NCBI GenBank assembly: GCA_043228905.1 | Contig: JBHGNT010000902.1 | Coordinates: forward strand, 1-14,062 | Length of the DNA: 14,062 bases | Origin: Azolla caroliniana | Lineage: Eukaryota; Plantae; Polypodiophyta | Reading direction: 5' to 3' | Shown here: positions 1 to 8,957 of the stretch, piece by piece | Numbering within the stretch: position 1 is the stretch's first letter | Layout of the letters: each line of letters opens with the position of its first letter | Translations under genes and position numbers: made by a program | The notes under the pieces: model-generated | Seen by the model: the letters and a program-made list of their open reading frames with translations, nothing else | Told to the model about the DNA's origin: nothing | The model's database searches: none

Positions 1-287
1 ACGAACTTGCAAGTGGTTAGAAAACAATGTGTTTTGTTTTTCAATGTGACAAGAAATATTTTGTAGCATGCATGTCTCAAAAATGTAATATTTGGTTGGC
101 TCCGTATGCAATGTCTTGTTGAGGTGGATTTCAACATTATATGAACTAATGGCTTACTTTTCATGTTGTTAGCCAACCAAACCTCAAGATTCTTGTTAGC
201 ATTGGTTCCAAGTTTTACAAAATATGACTTGTCCAAATGAATCCAAAGCTTTTTCTATGTACTTTATGCACACGCGCTTTTGCATGC

Positions 288-308
288 TGTGTGTGTGTGA
301 GTGTGTGT
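288..308. repeat. (TG)n microsatellite, one interruption
   Basis: TGTGTGTGTGTGAGTGTGTGT read directly. Confidence 0.8.
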
Positions 309-518
309 AAATAAACATATAGATATACCTAGGCAAGCCAAGCTTTTAGATACTTCTCTAACCAATTAATTGAATTGAGAGAACCCAAGTTTGATCTTTG
401 ACATGGACTTTGCTCCTTTCCATAGATCATATTTAGTTTCTTGTGAACGTTAATAATCTATTTCGTTGCAGGAAGTGAATTTGTAATGCTAATCTTTTCG
501 ATCACACCATGATGCACA

Positions 519-617
519 AACCTCATATCGCAAGGTTGCAACTTGCAAAGCACATGCTTTACATTGTACGCTTGAAGCCTCAAATCTCAAGGTTGGAAAG
601 CACAAGCTTTACATTGT
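519..617. repeat. Imperfect two-copy direct repeat (~50-58 bp period)
   Basis: CCTCA(t/a)ATC(g/t)CAAGGTTG...AAAGCACA(t/a)GCTTTACATTGT occurs at ~519-567 and ~576-617. Confidence 0.6.
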
Positions 618-802
618 TGCACCACCATGTGTATATATCTAAATATGTTTATCTCGTAAACTAAAGGTAACGCATTAACTTAGAAGGACGTATATTTACA
701 AGAGTTGATTGCACTTACAGTCAAGGTTGTTGCCATATACAAAAGAAGATGAAGAAATATAATCAAATTTTGATTAAGCTCCCTTTCTTTTGAATATACA
801 TA

Positions 803-820
803 GAAAATTAACCCATTCTT
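803..820 (+). repeat. Left TSD of truncated L1 (partner 1146-1163)
   Basis: GAAAATTAACCCATTCTT is identical at both sites. Confidence 0.88.
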
Positions 821-1145
821 TCTTTTCTTTTCTTTTCTTTTCTTTTTCATAAAGATTTCCTTCATTAGTATTAAGAAAAGCGTTGGAGGGCTACAAAAAT
901 GTAAAATCAAAGAGTATTATATATACAAAAGAAATGGTCAGGGCAAGGACCATGGGTGATGATATTTCCATAACGGTCCTTGAGAGGAGACTGTGAACAG
1001 AGGCAACTTCCTCCATAATTGCAATAATTTTTTCCTTTTCTTCAGAACAACCTCCGAAGAGCCTGGCATATTGTCATATCCCCCCCGCACAACCGCCAAT
1101 AAGCTCCCCCATAATTCCAGAAATATATCGGAGTGGAGGAATTAT
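821..1145 (-). mobile_element. 5'-truncated L1-type LINE copy (ORF2 C-terminus, 3' UTR, A-rich tail)
   Basis: Flanked by a perfect 18-bp direct repeat GAAAATTAACCCATTCTT (803-820, 1146-1163). Tail at 821-848 reads GAAAAAG(AAAAG)n on the - strand. The internal frame is homologous to the C-terminus of the large L1 ORF2 in this window. Confidence 0.88.
938..1141 (-). pseudogene. L1 ORF2 C-terminal fragment (67 aa, no start codon at its 5' end)
   Basis: Manual translation FLHSDIFLELWGSLLAVVRGGYDNMPGSSEVVLKKRKKLLQLWRKLPLFTVSSQGPLWKYHHPWSLP* aligns without gaps to PEEVIMDIWFALISCLRGQLEEVCNHSNDVTTARLRFSQKWRNTPMVMQGGSGPRWNYQPPRW of ORF 2350..3063. Confidence 0.85.
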
Positions 1146-1163
1146 GAAAATTAACCCATTCTT
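1146..1163 (+). repeat. Right TSD of truncated L1 (partner 803-820)
   Basis: GAAAATTAACCCATTCTT is identical at both sites. Confidence 0.88.
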
Positions 1164-1723
1164 GCATATCACCAGATGGGATATGTTTGATTTTTTGTCA
1201 TAACCTATATTGTGAAAACTTATAAATATTTTTTGTCGGTAAAAGTAATGAGAATATACAAGTTTGTATTTCTATAGGGTATTTTCAACTTCACTCATAA
1301 GAAAATGAATTGAGATTTCTCAAAATATGATTGTTTTTTATTATTTTCAACAATGCCAAAACTAGCAATGTGTACATAGCATCCATTTTTGCAACGATAA
1401 TGTTGATGATGAGTGCATTATTTCACCCAATGAGGAATGTACAAGGGATGAGCCTGTGATTCGTTCTAAGAATTCTCGGCTCAAATTTCAGCTGTGTACG
1501 AAAAATGACATAACATGGACATACTACTACATGGGGGTGGTTAAAAGGTTTGATTAGGTGTCACCAAAACCTTATACTCGAAACTATCAACAAAAAGTCT
1601 TTTTCTTATTGGTTAATATTGGAAGATTTGGGAATATCCAAACACGCTTAAAAGGCCAAAACTTAAGTATAAACTTGTCCTAATGCAAAGGGACAAGTAG
1701 TCATGGGATCAAATCTTGTTCTT

Positions 1724-2038
1724 GCAAACATACTAATAAATAAAAAAAATTAAGTGTGATTTTTTCCAATCTACATAGAGATATTCTCTTTATCAAATGT
1801 GAGATTGTGGGAGGTACATACAATTGTTGTTTATTTAGTACCTCGTGTTATAATATAGTTATTTCCAAGTCTAAGGATGGGTTGTAAATGGTTAGGGGAT
1901 ATCTCTAAACATGACCTCGCATTCAAAGGCCCTTCAAAGTGAATAAGGTGCTAGAATCAAAATATGTTTCAATTGATTCAACCTATGGACTATGTTGTGT
2001 GGTGCTATGATTATTGATATGTGAGTGTAAATGTTTGG
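1724..2038 (+). repeat. 315-bp tandem duplication, copy 1 (uninterrupted)
   Basis: GCAAACATACTAATAA...GTGTAAATGTTTGG is repeated from 2039. Only two substitutions seen by eye (1740 A vs 2055 G; 1845 G vs 2160 A). Confidence 0.95.
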
Positions 2039-2164
2039 GCAAACATACTAATAAGTAAAAAAAATTAAGTGTGATTTTTTCCAATCTACATAGAGATATT
2101 CTCTTTATCAAATGTGAGATTGTGGGAGGTACATACAATTGTTGTTTATTTAGTACCTCATGTT
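2039..2164 (+). repeat. 315-bp tandem duplication, copy 2 left part (ends in left L1 TSD 2148-2164)
   Basis: Matches 1724-1849. TSD is ATTTAGTACCTCATG(TT). Confidence 0.95.
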
Positions 2165-2349
2165 TTTTTTTTTTTCAAAGTAAAGCTACTTTCCCATTAG
2201 TTAGGGAGGATTATTACATAGAGTCTATAAGGAGATTTATACACACATCGGGGAGACTTCCTCCGATCAAGCCAAAGAAGATGAGCCACTTACATTGCCT
2301 TGCGGCCTAACTTAATGTAAGAAGCTACCTATATCCAAGGCGATGCCCT

Positions 2350-3150
2350 TCAATGTTGCCTCGTACGAGTCGGCTCTTGGGGCCTACACCGAAGAGAGGG
2401 TGGCAGGTGAATAGGAAACAACCAACGTGGGGGCTGGTAGTTCCACCTCGGGCCACTCCCGCCTTGCATCACCATAGGTGTGTTCCGCCATTTCTGCGAA
2501 AAGCGCAAACGGGCAGTGGTCACGTCGTTGGAATGGTTGCAAACCTCTTCCAGTTGCCCTCGTAGGCAGCTGATAAGCGCGAACCATATGTCCATGATCA
2601 CTTCCTCCGGGGGCCGTACCGTACCTTGGAAGACCTTGAGGCAACGCGCTTTCCATATATACCACAAGGTGAAACCTGCGATCAACATCCAGATTTCCGG
2701 AAACTTAGGGGATGCGGGCTGCAAGCCTCTTTCAAAACGGATCTTGACGATTTTGCCTCTCGTGCATACATAGCACCAACTATCCGCATTGACGGCGTCC
2801 GTCCACCCTTCGACCGAGTGATCAATCCATGCCGCAACGCTCCACGAGGCTGTTCCTTCAACTTCACATGCCACAAGGAGGCGAGTCACTCTATCCCATA
2901 CCTTTTGAGCTTGAGGGCAATCCCACAAACAATGTCTCAGAGACTCAATAGGTAGAGAGCACAGTGGGCAGCCTAACGGGCCGCCACGTTTATCTAACCA
3001 TTCGCCAATGGGCACCACATTATGACCGATCTGCCACCAAAAGAGCTTAATCTTTTCAGGCATGTGGAGACGCCAAAGACCCTTCCAAAAGGCAATGAGC
3101 GCCTCATCGGGATGCCCAATGTTCGCCAGCCGTTGCGAAGGGGGCCGCCT
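2350..3150 (-). pseudogene. L1 ORF2 C-terminal part (zf-RVT-like zinc finger), out of frame with the upstream ORF2
   Basis: The frame of ORF 2350..3063 is open upstream to a TAA at 3178-3180. It reads ...RLANIGHPDEALIAFWKGLWRLHMPEKIKLFWWQIGH...CPLC...ESLRHCLWDC...LWYIWKARCLKVF, the typical L1 C-terminal pattern. One missing base restores a ~1437-aa ORF2. Confidence 0.88.
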
Positions 3151-6100
3151 CGCTGCAGCTGCAAAGTCCGACCCAATTTAGTGGTGTAATCAAAGAAGTG
3201 GTGGAGTCTATCGTCATGTTTCCATCTGAAATCCCCGGGGTCCCAATCCAGATCGACAAGGGGGCGACAACCGTATACCCTTAACCTCCAATGGGGTTCC
3301 ACCTTAGCAACATCCGGGTCTGTCTTCCAGATGTTATCAATCTGTGCCACCACTCGGATTGGGTGCCAAGAGCCGCTGCTCTGGCTGTCCCCAAAAACTG
3401 TATCACTCCCCGATCCGCTCATGCCCTTTAGCGACTTGACCATTCCAGCCTCGTCAAAGAGACCGAACCATGCATGTTCTCTCGCCTCCCCCATCGGAAC
3501 CCTGTCAACTGCCTCAGCTATCAGTCTCCGCATTTTCGTAGCTCCCTTGAGGGGAGGGAAAAGGTCCTCTTGGGCTCTTCCTGAATCAGCCATGCGTCTC
3601 CAATCGTCTATAGATAGGAGGCCTGTTTGTGCCAACTTTCCCCATGCTAGGCCCTTAAGTTGCCCTAGCATCGCGTTGTCATTCGTTAGCACATGAGGAT
3701 TCCAAAATAGTGGCTGTCTAGTCCATTCGGTCAATGTCTCCGGGGTGTGCTTGACCAAATGTTGTCGTATATGGCACCATGCCCGCAAGATGGAGTTCGT
3801 GACCCTATCCTCCGGATGGCAAGCCAGCCTGGGTGGGACTCCACTCGTGCAGCACCAATTCAAGGAGTCGGGCCAAGGCCTACCATACTTGGGAGTCCCT
3901 ACTTGCAGCCTGTTGCGAAGAAGTACCTTCCAGCACCCCTTACCTGGTAGGAGGCAGCGAACCACCATTTTAGCCAGCAATGCACGACTCTGCATTAAGG
4001 GGTCTATGAGGCCAAGCCCCCCTTTGGCCCGCGGTTGCGTTAACCAACACCATGAGACTCTGGCGGCAGCCCTTGGGTTGTCCTTACCTGACCATATAAA
4101 CCCCCTAATGGCAGCCTTAATCGCGTGCAAACCTGCAGGGTCCATAATCCAACATGAGACTGAGTGCCACATGGTAGCGAGCAGCACTTGGTTCGCCACA
4201 AGGACCCTACCAGCGAAGGACAATTTAGATCTACTCCACTGGTTCAGCTTCTTACTTATTTTGGCTTGTACGTGGGCCAATTGCGCTCCCTTGGGGATTG
4301 ACCTCCCCATCGTAAATCCAAGGTACTTGAAAGTCGTCCCACTAGGGACCCACGTAAAATCGGCATGGGGTTGCCATCTTGGTGTCTCCTGTTCGCTGAA
4401 CCATAGACCTTGGGTTTTATTCCAATTGATCTTGGCACCAGCCGCCTGACAAAAGTCCTCGACAAGATGTTCAGCCCGCTGTAAATTCTCCTCATCACCT
4501 TGCAAGAAAAGAACCGTATCGTCGGCATATTCAGATAACAACAAATCTTCAGTCGCATTGGGGATGGGCAATCCCCGCAACCCGCTAGTTGGTGCTTGTA
4601 AGTAGGCGGAGAAAGCCTCGGTTATAAAGAGATAGAGATATGGGGCTAGGGGACAACCTTGCCTCACTGAGCGTTGTAGTTGGAAGGCAGGTCCCCTAGA
4701 TCCAGCCATCAGCACACTACTCGTAGCTGTCCGATAGAGTGCAGAAGTGCAATTCCTCCATTTTTGAGGTAGGCCCAAAGCTCTCATCACATTTTCCAAA
4801 AAGGGCCATAACACCCTATCGTAGGCCTTCTCAAAGTCTAGCATCAGAATAGCTGAGCTCGATACGGAGCGACCGGCCAATGCCATAACTTCCCAAAGAA
4901 GCAACACATTATCAAAGATACACCTGTTCTTGACAAACCCAGTTTGATTGTCGTGTATGATGTCCGGTAAGAAGCTTGCTAATCGCTGAGCTATGACTTT
5001 AGCGAGTATCTTGTATGCCGTGTTAAGGATCGTGATTGGACGCCATTGGCGCAACTCTAGGCTTCGCTCTTGGGATTTGGGGATGAGATATATCATCCCC
5101 TCAGCCAGACCAATCGGCATCTTTCCTGAGGACCAAATCTCTTGGAACCCGGCTTCCAAGGACGGGATAACACATTCCCAATGAATCTCGAAGAAATCTC
5201 GTGAGAGACCATCGGGACCGGGGCATGCACCCCTTCGCAATCCCCTAAGTGCCTCCGAGAGCTCTAAACGAGAGATGGGACTATGGAGCACAACTTCCAT
5301 CTCTTGGGTTACCTTGGGGTGAATGCAAGACATCACTCGATCAGCCAGCTCCGAGTTTTGCCGCACATGCATAGGTGCGAGGAGGTCACGATAGTATTGT
5401 GTTGCCATTTCCAGAACCTCAGTCTTGTCCTCCGTTATTGAGCCGTCTGGTTTTCGCAGCCCGTGTATACGTCCACCACCACCCTTGGGTGCCTTGTAGT
5501 GAAAGAAATGTCGGTTGACCTTGTCGTCTTTTCTAGCCCACCATGCTGCGTTTCTTCGAAACAGCATTCGGTTCTTCTCCAAAGTCCTTTCCTGTACCTT
5601 CATCTTTGCTTCCTCCAGTTTAGCTCTAGACCATTTGCAACCAGGGTCTACCTGTAACAGCCGTTGCGCTGCCGCAACGGCCTTCCTTAATTTTGTTTCA
5701 ATGGCTCTAACCTGTTGGAGGGCGCGCTTGGTCTCTTGTTGTAAAAAGGAGGAGGAGAGGGCCAATTTTTTTTGCAGATCTTCGCTGGCTGATTCACTGC
5801 CCATGGTGTCCTGCCATATACTCAGTAAACCGGCCTTCACCTCTTCACTCTTCATGATCTTTATGGGGATCTTTACATTGAGACTGCCCTTGCTATCGTT
5901 GGGTGGGTTAAGGTCTAGTCTCACCGGCTGATGATCTGAAAAGGTAAGGCCTGCCAAGATAGCAAAGGAGCCCCCGAGCTCTTCGAGGGATGAGCTGATG
6001 TATATGCGGTCTAGCCGTGCAAGACTACCACCCCTAGCATTCCCGGCGGCTCTAGAAAAGTGCAGCGAATGTGAGCTTCGCCTAAGGGAAGAGCCCCATG

Positions 6101-6662
6101 TATCCTTCACCCCGATTTTGCCAATTAGGAAAGCCCATGAATCCAGCTCCGCACCATAAATAGGCCTCTGGGTCCCTCCTTTCCTATCTCCCATGTGTTC
6201 AGTCATGTTGAAATCACCTGCCATTACCCAAGCCTCGACATTAGGTAATGTTGTCGCTAACATCCTCCAAAAGATTGCTCTCTCGGGGGCTGAGTTAGGG
6301 GCATAAATGTTTAGCACCCCAATCTGTAGGCGATTCCATTTCAGAAGCACGTATAAGGCCCGACCCTCCACCAGCGTGCCAGATGATGTTACTTCGTATC
6401 GGGCCTTATCGCTGATCGAGATGCAGACCCCTCCTCTTCGGTGGAGGTCACCTTGCGCAGCCGACCACCATGTGGTCCACCCACCCGACAAGGGGTTTAC
6501 TAAGCTCTGAGTTCGCTCTTGCGAGAGGTGGTGTTCCTGCAAAAGCAATATGTCAATATGGCCCCCTATATTAAGGGGATTCAACTCCTCCTGAAGTCTT
6601 CTACACTCTTGGTGTTGTCGGCCTCCACCAAGGCCCTGTACATTCCACGTTAGGATCCTCAT
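2994..6662 (-). CDS. L1 ORF2p: APE-type endonuclease + reverse transcriptase (frameshifted near 3100-3177; true C-terminus continues in the 2350..3063 frame)
   Basis: APE motifs TWNVQGL, LQEHH, IYAPN, GDFN, RLDRIY, SDH. RT motifs PGPDG, WRPITILNTAYKILAK, LDFEKAYD, RQGCPLAP, YADD, FKYLG. Catalytic residues appear intact. Confidence 0.95.
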   Translation of the reverse strand: MRILTWNVQGLGGGRQHQECRRLQEELNPLNIGGHIDILLLQEHHLSQERTQSLVNPLSGGWTTWWSAAQGDLHRRGGVCISISDKARYEVTSSGTLVEGRALYVLLKWNRLQIGVLNIYAPNSAPERAIFWRMLATTLPNVEAWVMAGDFNMTEHMGDRKGGTQRPIYGAELDSWAFLIGKIGVKDTWGSSLRRSSHSLHFSRAAGNARGGSLARLDRIYISSSLEELGGSFAILAGLTFSDHQPVRLDLNPPNDSKGSLNVKIPIKIMKSEEVKAGLLSIWQDTMGSESASEDLQKKLALSSSFLQQETKRALQQVRAIETKLRKAVAAAQRLLQVDPGCKWSRAKLEEAKMKVQERTLEKNRMLFRRNAAWWARKDDKVNRHFFHYKAPKGGGGRIHGLRKPDGSITEDKTEVLEMATQYYRDLLAPMHVRQNSELADRVMSCIHPKVTQEMEVVLHSPISRLELSEALRGLRRGACPGPDGLSRDFFEIHWECVIPSLEAGFQEIWSSGKMPIGLAEGMIYLIPKSQERSLELRQWRPITILNTAYKILAKVIAQRLASFLPDIIHDNQTGFVKNRCIFDNVLLLWEVMALAGRSVSSSAILMLDFEKAYDRVLWPFLENVMRALGLPQKWRNCTSALYRTATSSVLMAGSRGPAFQLQRSVRQGCPLAPYLYLFITEAFSAYLQAPTSGLRGLPIPNATEDLLLSEYADDTVLFLQGDEENLQRAEHLVEDFCQAAGAKINWNKTQGLWFSEQETPRWQPHADFTWVPSGTTFKYLGFTMGRSIPKGAQLAHVQAKISKKLNQWSRSKLSFAGRVLVANQVLLATMWHSVSCWIMDPAGLHAIKAAIRGFIWSGKDNPRAAARVSWCWLTQPRAKGGLGLIDPLMQSRALLAKMVVRCLLPGKGCWKVLLRNRLQVGTPKYGRPWPDSLNWCCTSGVPPRLACHPEDRVTNSILRAWCHIRQHLVKHTPETLTEWTRQPLFWNPHVLTNDNAMLGQLKGLAWGKLAQTGLLSIDDWRRMADSGRAQEDLFPPLKGATKMRRLIAEAVDRVPMGEAREHAWFGLFDEAGMVKSLKGMSGSGSDTVFGDSQSSGSWHPIRVVAQIDNIWKTDPDVAKVEPHWRLRVYGCRPLVDLDWDPGDFRWKHDDRLHHFFDYTTKLGRTLQLQRGGPLRNGWRTLGIPMRRSLPFGRVFGVSTCLKRLSSFGGRSVIMWCPLANG

Positions 6663-8128
6663 CCGAAAATGGTGACGTTGGCACCCATGTTCGGGCCGAT
6701 CCCCATGTCATGGGGCAAACTAACACCTGTTTCGGGGGGTATGGTCTCCACTGCAGGCTGCAAATCCCCTACAAGATTCTCAGCCGGTCGTTCCCGACCC
6801 GCTTCAAATAGCTCCCGCGATACATTTGTGCTCCGAAGCGGTGGCACAACTTGCATCCCTCTATCTAACAAAGTCGTCGCCAAACCAGGTGTTGGTCTTC
6901 CTATCTTACCCTTTTCTTTGTCCTTGAGCTTGCCCGTCCGGATCCACGATTTCACTAATCTGAGGCCACTACCACATTCACGTTCCAACGGGAGGGGGGG
7001 TTGTGCCAACTTCTCTTCCGGGGTGGACGGTACAAGTTGGGGTTGCATCTCCATCGGGGTGGAGAACACGAGTTCGGGCTCCCGCGGGGGAAGGCGTGAG
7101 GAGTCGCACGGGGACAACATTGCTGCCAACGTTGCTGGGTCGCCATCCCCTAACCCTTGAAGAAGTGTAAATCTGTTGGTAGCTCTCACCTGTAGGTCGG
7201 GTGCCTTGGCACTCCCGGAGAGGATCTTTACTCGTTTCAAGGGTTGCTCGTCCACGCTTGCTGGTGACAAGGTGGCGGGACTTCTTTCAAAGGGGTGGTC
7301 ATGAAAAAGGGCGGGAGAGGAGGCACCTAGGCCTCCAAGTTTCCCCTTCTTCTTAACGGGTAGCCAAGGAGCTTCTTCACCCTTGGTTGTCCCGACTTTG
7401 CCCGAGGGTCGTGGTCCCGAGCTTCCCTTTCCAATCTTACGAGGACACTCCTTAGCTAGGTGTCCTGTCTGTTTGCAAATGAAACACTGCCCCGTGAGTC
7501 CCTCATAAACCACTTTTACCACTGTGAGGCCTAACTCCTCAGAGTAGAGTCTAATCCTTGATGGAAGTCCATGGAGGGAAGGCACCAAGATACGCAACTT
7601 GGGCACCTCCGCGACTGTGTCTGCCATTGACGTTTTTTGAGGGCATATCATCCCTACTTGTTCGCCAAAAAGAGGGAGCAGATGGTACAAATGTGGAGGG
7701 AGGCCAGGAAATGTTGCGGTGATCACCCTAGGGTTGTTGAGTTTCCGTAACTCTTCGATCGGATTGAACCCTGGTGACCATGGTTGGAGCAACACCTTGC
7801 CGTACTTCAGTTCGAGTACCTTGAGCTCGACCTATGGTTGCGCCAGCGAGTCATTACCTAATTCAATGTGGAAGAAGTTTTTCCCTAAACCCCTGACACT
7901 CTTGATTACCGGCATGTTCTCCAACACAGCCACCTGAAACATGTCCTAAACCATGCCCCGACTTGGTCTACCTGCCAGAAACCTACATACGAATGAGGTA
8001 CGTCGTAGGCGTTCGATTTCTTCCGCTAAGACACGGTTAGCCTCGGGGGACAGGGTAATGGCGAGATCTGATCCACCTTCTTCATCAAGCAAACTGGGCG
8101 CTGGTGGAAGCTCGATTCCTCCCATCAT
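6659..8128 (-). pseudogene. L1 ORF1p (RRM/DUF4283-like N-terminus + CX2CX4HX4C knuckle), 489 codons with two in-frame TAG stops
   Basis: ORFs 7946..8128 and 6659..7795 are in the same frame. The gap translates as *DMFQVAVLENMPVIKSVRGLGKNFFHIELGNDSLAQP*VELKVLELKYGKV, followed by LLQPWSPGFNP (TAG at 7946-7948 and 7832-7834). Knuckle is CFICKQTGHLAKEC. Confidence 0.88.
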
Positions 8129-8607
8129 AGCGAGTTATGTGTCTTGCGAGCCTAGGTTGTATGTGTTGTTCTTCCCTTCCCCCTTTGTTTTGTGTTTTTT
8201 TAATGTGTTACTTTGCATTTTCTGGTTGGGGGAGGGAGGGAGGATTGTGTGTGAGAGTACCTGGACAGCAATTGGCGTTGTGCTCCTCCTCTTGCTCTGT
8301 TGGACAGCGCGCGTGTTCCTCAGTGTGCACCTACTCCTGCTCCTGCTCGCCTTTTTCTGCTGCTCCCACTCCGCGCTCTGCTGCGTTTGCTCCCGCCAAC
8401 GCTCTGCTGCTTATTACCTGCAGTTCTCCAGTGTGACAGCCTGGACAACAGTTGGCGCCTCTTGCTATGTTGGGCAGCGCGCGCGTTCCTCAGCGTGCAC
8501 CTGCTCCTGCTCCTGCACGCCATGTCTGCGCGCCCTGTTCCGCTGCGTTTGCTCCCGCCATCGCTGCTCGGATCCTCCGTTGCTATCTCTTTCTCCTTCT
8601 TCTTGTC
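8129..8607 (-). promoter_or_regulatory. L1 5' UTR, probable internal Pol II promoter with two imperfect monomers
   Basis: Lies between the ORF1 ATG and the TSD, and is GC/CpG-rich. Repeats at ~8249-8405 and ~8431-8565 (core 8288-8351 vs 8458-8521, 58/64 identical). Promoter role is inferred from L1 biology. Confidence 0.65.
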
Positions 8608-8813
8608 ATTTAGTACCTCATGTTATAATATAGTTATTTCCAAGTCTAAGGATGGGTTGTAAATGGTTAGGGGATATCTCTAAACATGACCTCGCATTCA
8701 AAGGCCCTTCAAAGTGAATAAGGTGCTAGAATCAAAATATGTTTCAATTGATTCAACCTATGGACTATGTTGTGTGGTGCTATGATTATTGATATGTGAG
8801 TGTAAATGTTTGG
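8608..8813 (+). repeat. Right L1 TSD (8608-8624) plus copy 2 right part of the 315-bp duplication
   Basis: ATTTAGTACCTCATGTT, then ATAATATAGTT...AATGTTTGG matching 1850-2038. Confidence 0.95.
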
Positions 8814-8957
8814 ACTAAATAGCTTGCTTCAACTTGTTGAAATGATTCGTTTTAGTGAGATAACTTTGAAAACAGGGTGAGCTTTTCTTTAATTTCGCAA
8901 CATGCCCTTGAGTTTTTCAATATTCATCGTTGAGTCCATAACAACAAAGTCTGATTC

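Larger units (their letters stand above)
2163..8607 (-). mobile_element. Apparently full-length L1/Tx1-type non-LTR retrotransposon (LINE), ~6.44 kb
   Basis: 15-17-bp TSD (2148-2162/2164 and 8608-8622/8624), 13-nt T run at 2163-2175 = poly(A) tail on the - strand, ~480-bp GC-rich 5' UTR, ORF1 with CCHC knuckle, ORF2 with APE + RT + zinc finger. Confidence 0.97.

Noticed and set aside
680-910. 76-aa ORF with a KKKRKEKKRK run and a GTAAGT donor-like site at 713-718
   Set aside because: The Lys run comes from the L1 tail and the ORF crosses the insertion junction; no recognisable protein or partner exon.
1340-1560. Short open frames, one signal-peptide-like
   Set aside because: No convincing start, splice structure or homology.
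2071-2310. 79-aa + strand ORF
   Set aside because: Chimera of duplication, poly(T) and antisense L1 3' UTR.
2353-7937. Many + strand and alternative-frame ORFs (e.g. 3745..4449, 5515..5931, 6669..7160)
   Set aside because: Shadow frames of the GC-rich L1 ORFs with no motifs.
1724-8813. 315-bp repeats as LTRs around the RT element
   Set aside because: No TG..CA ends, PBS or PPT; the element has poly(A) and its own TSD, and it splits copy 2.
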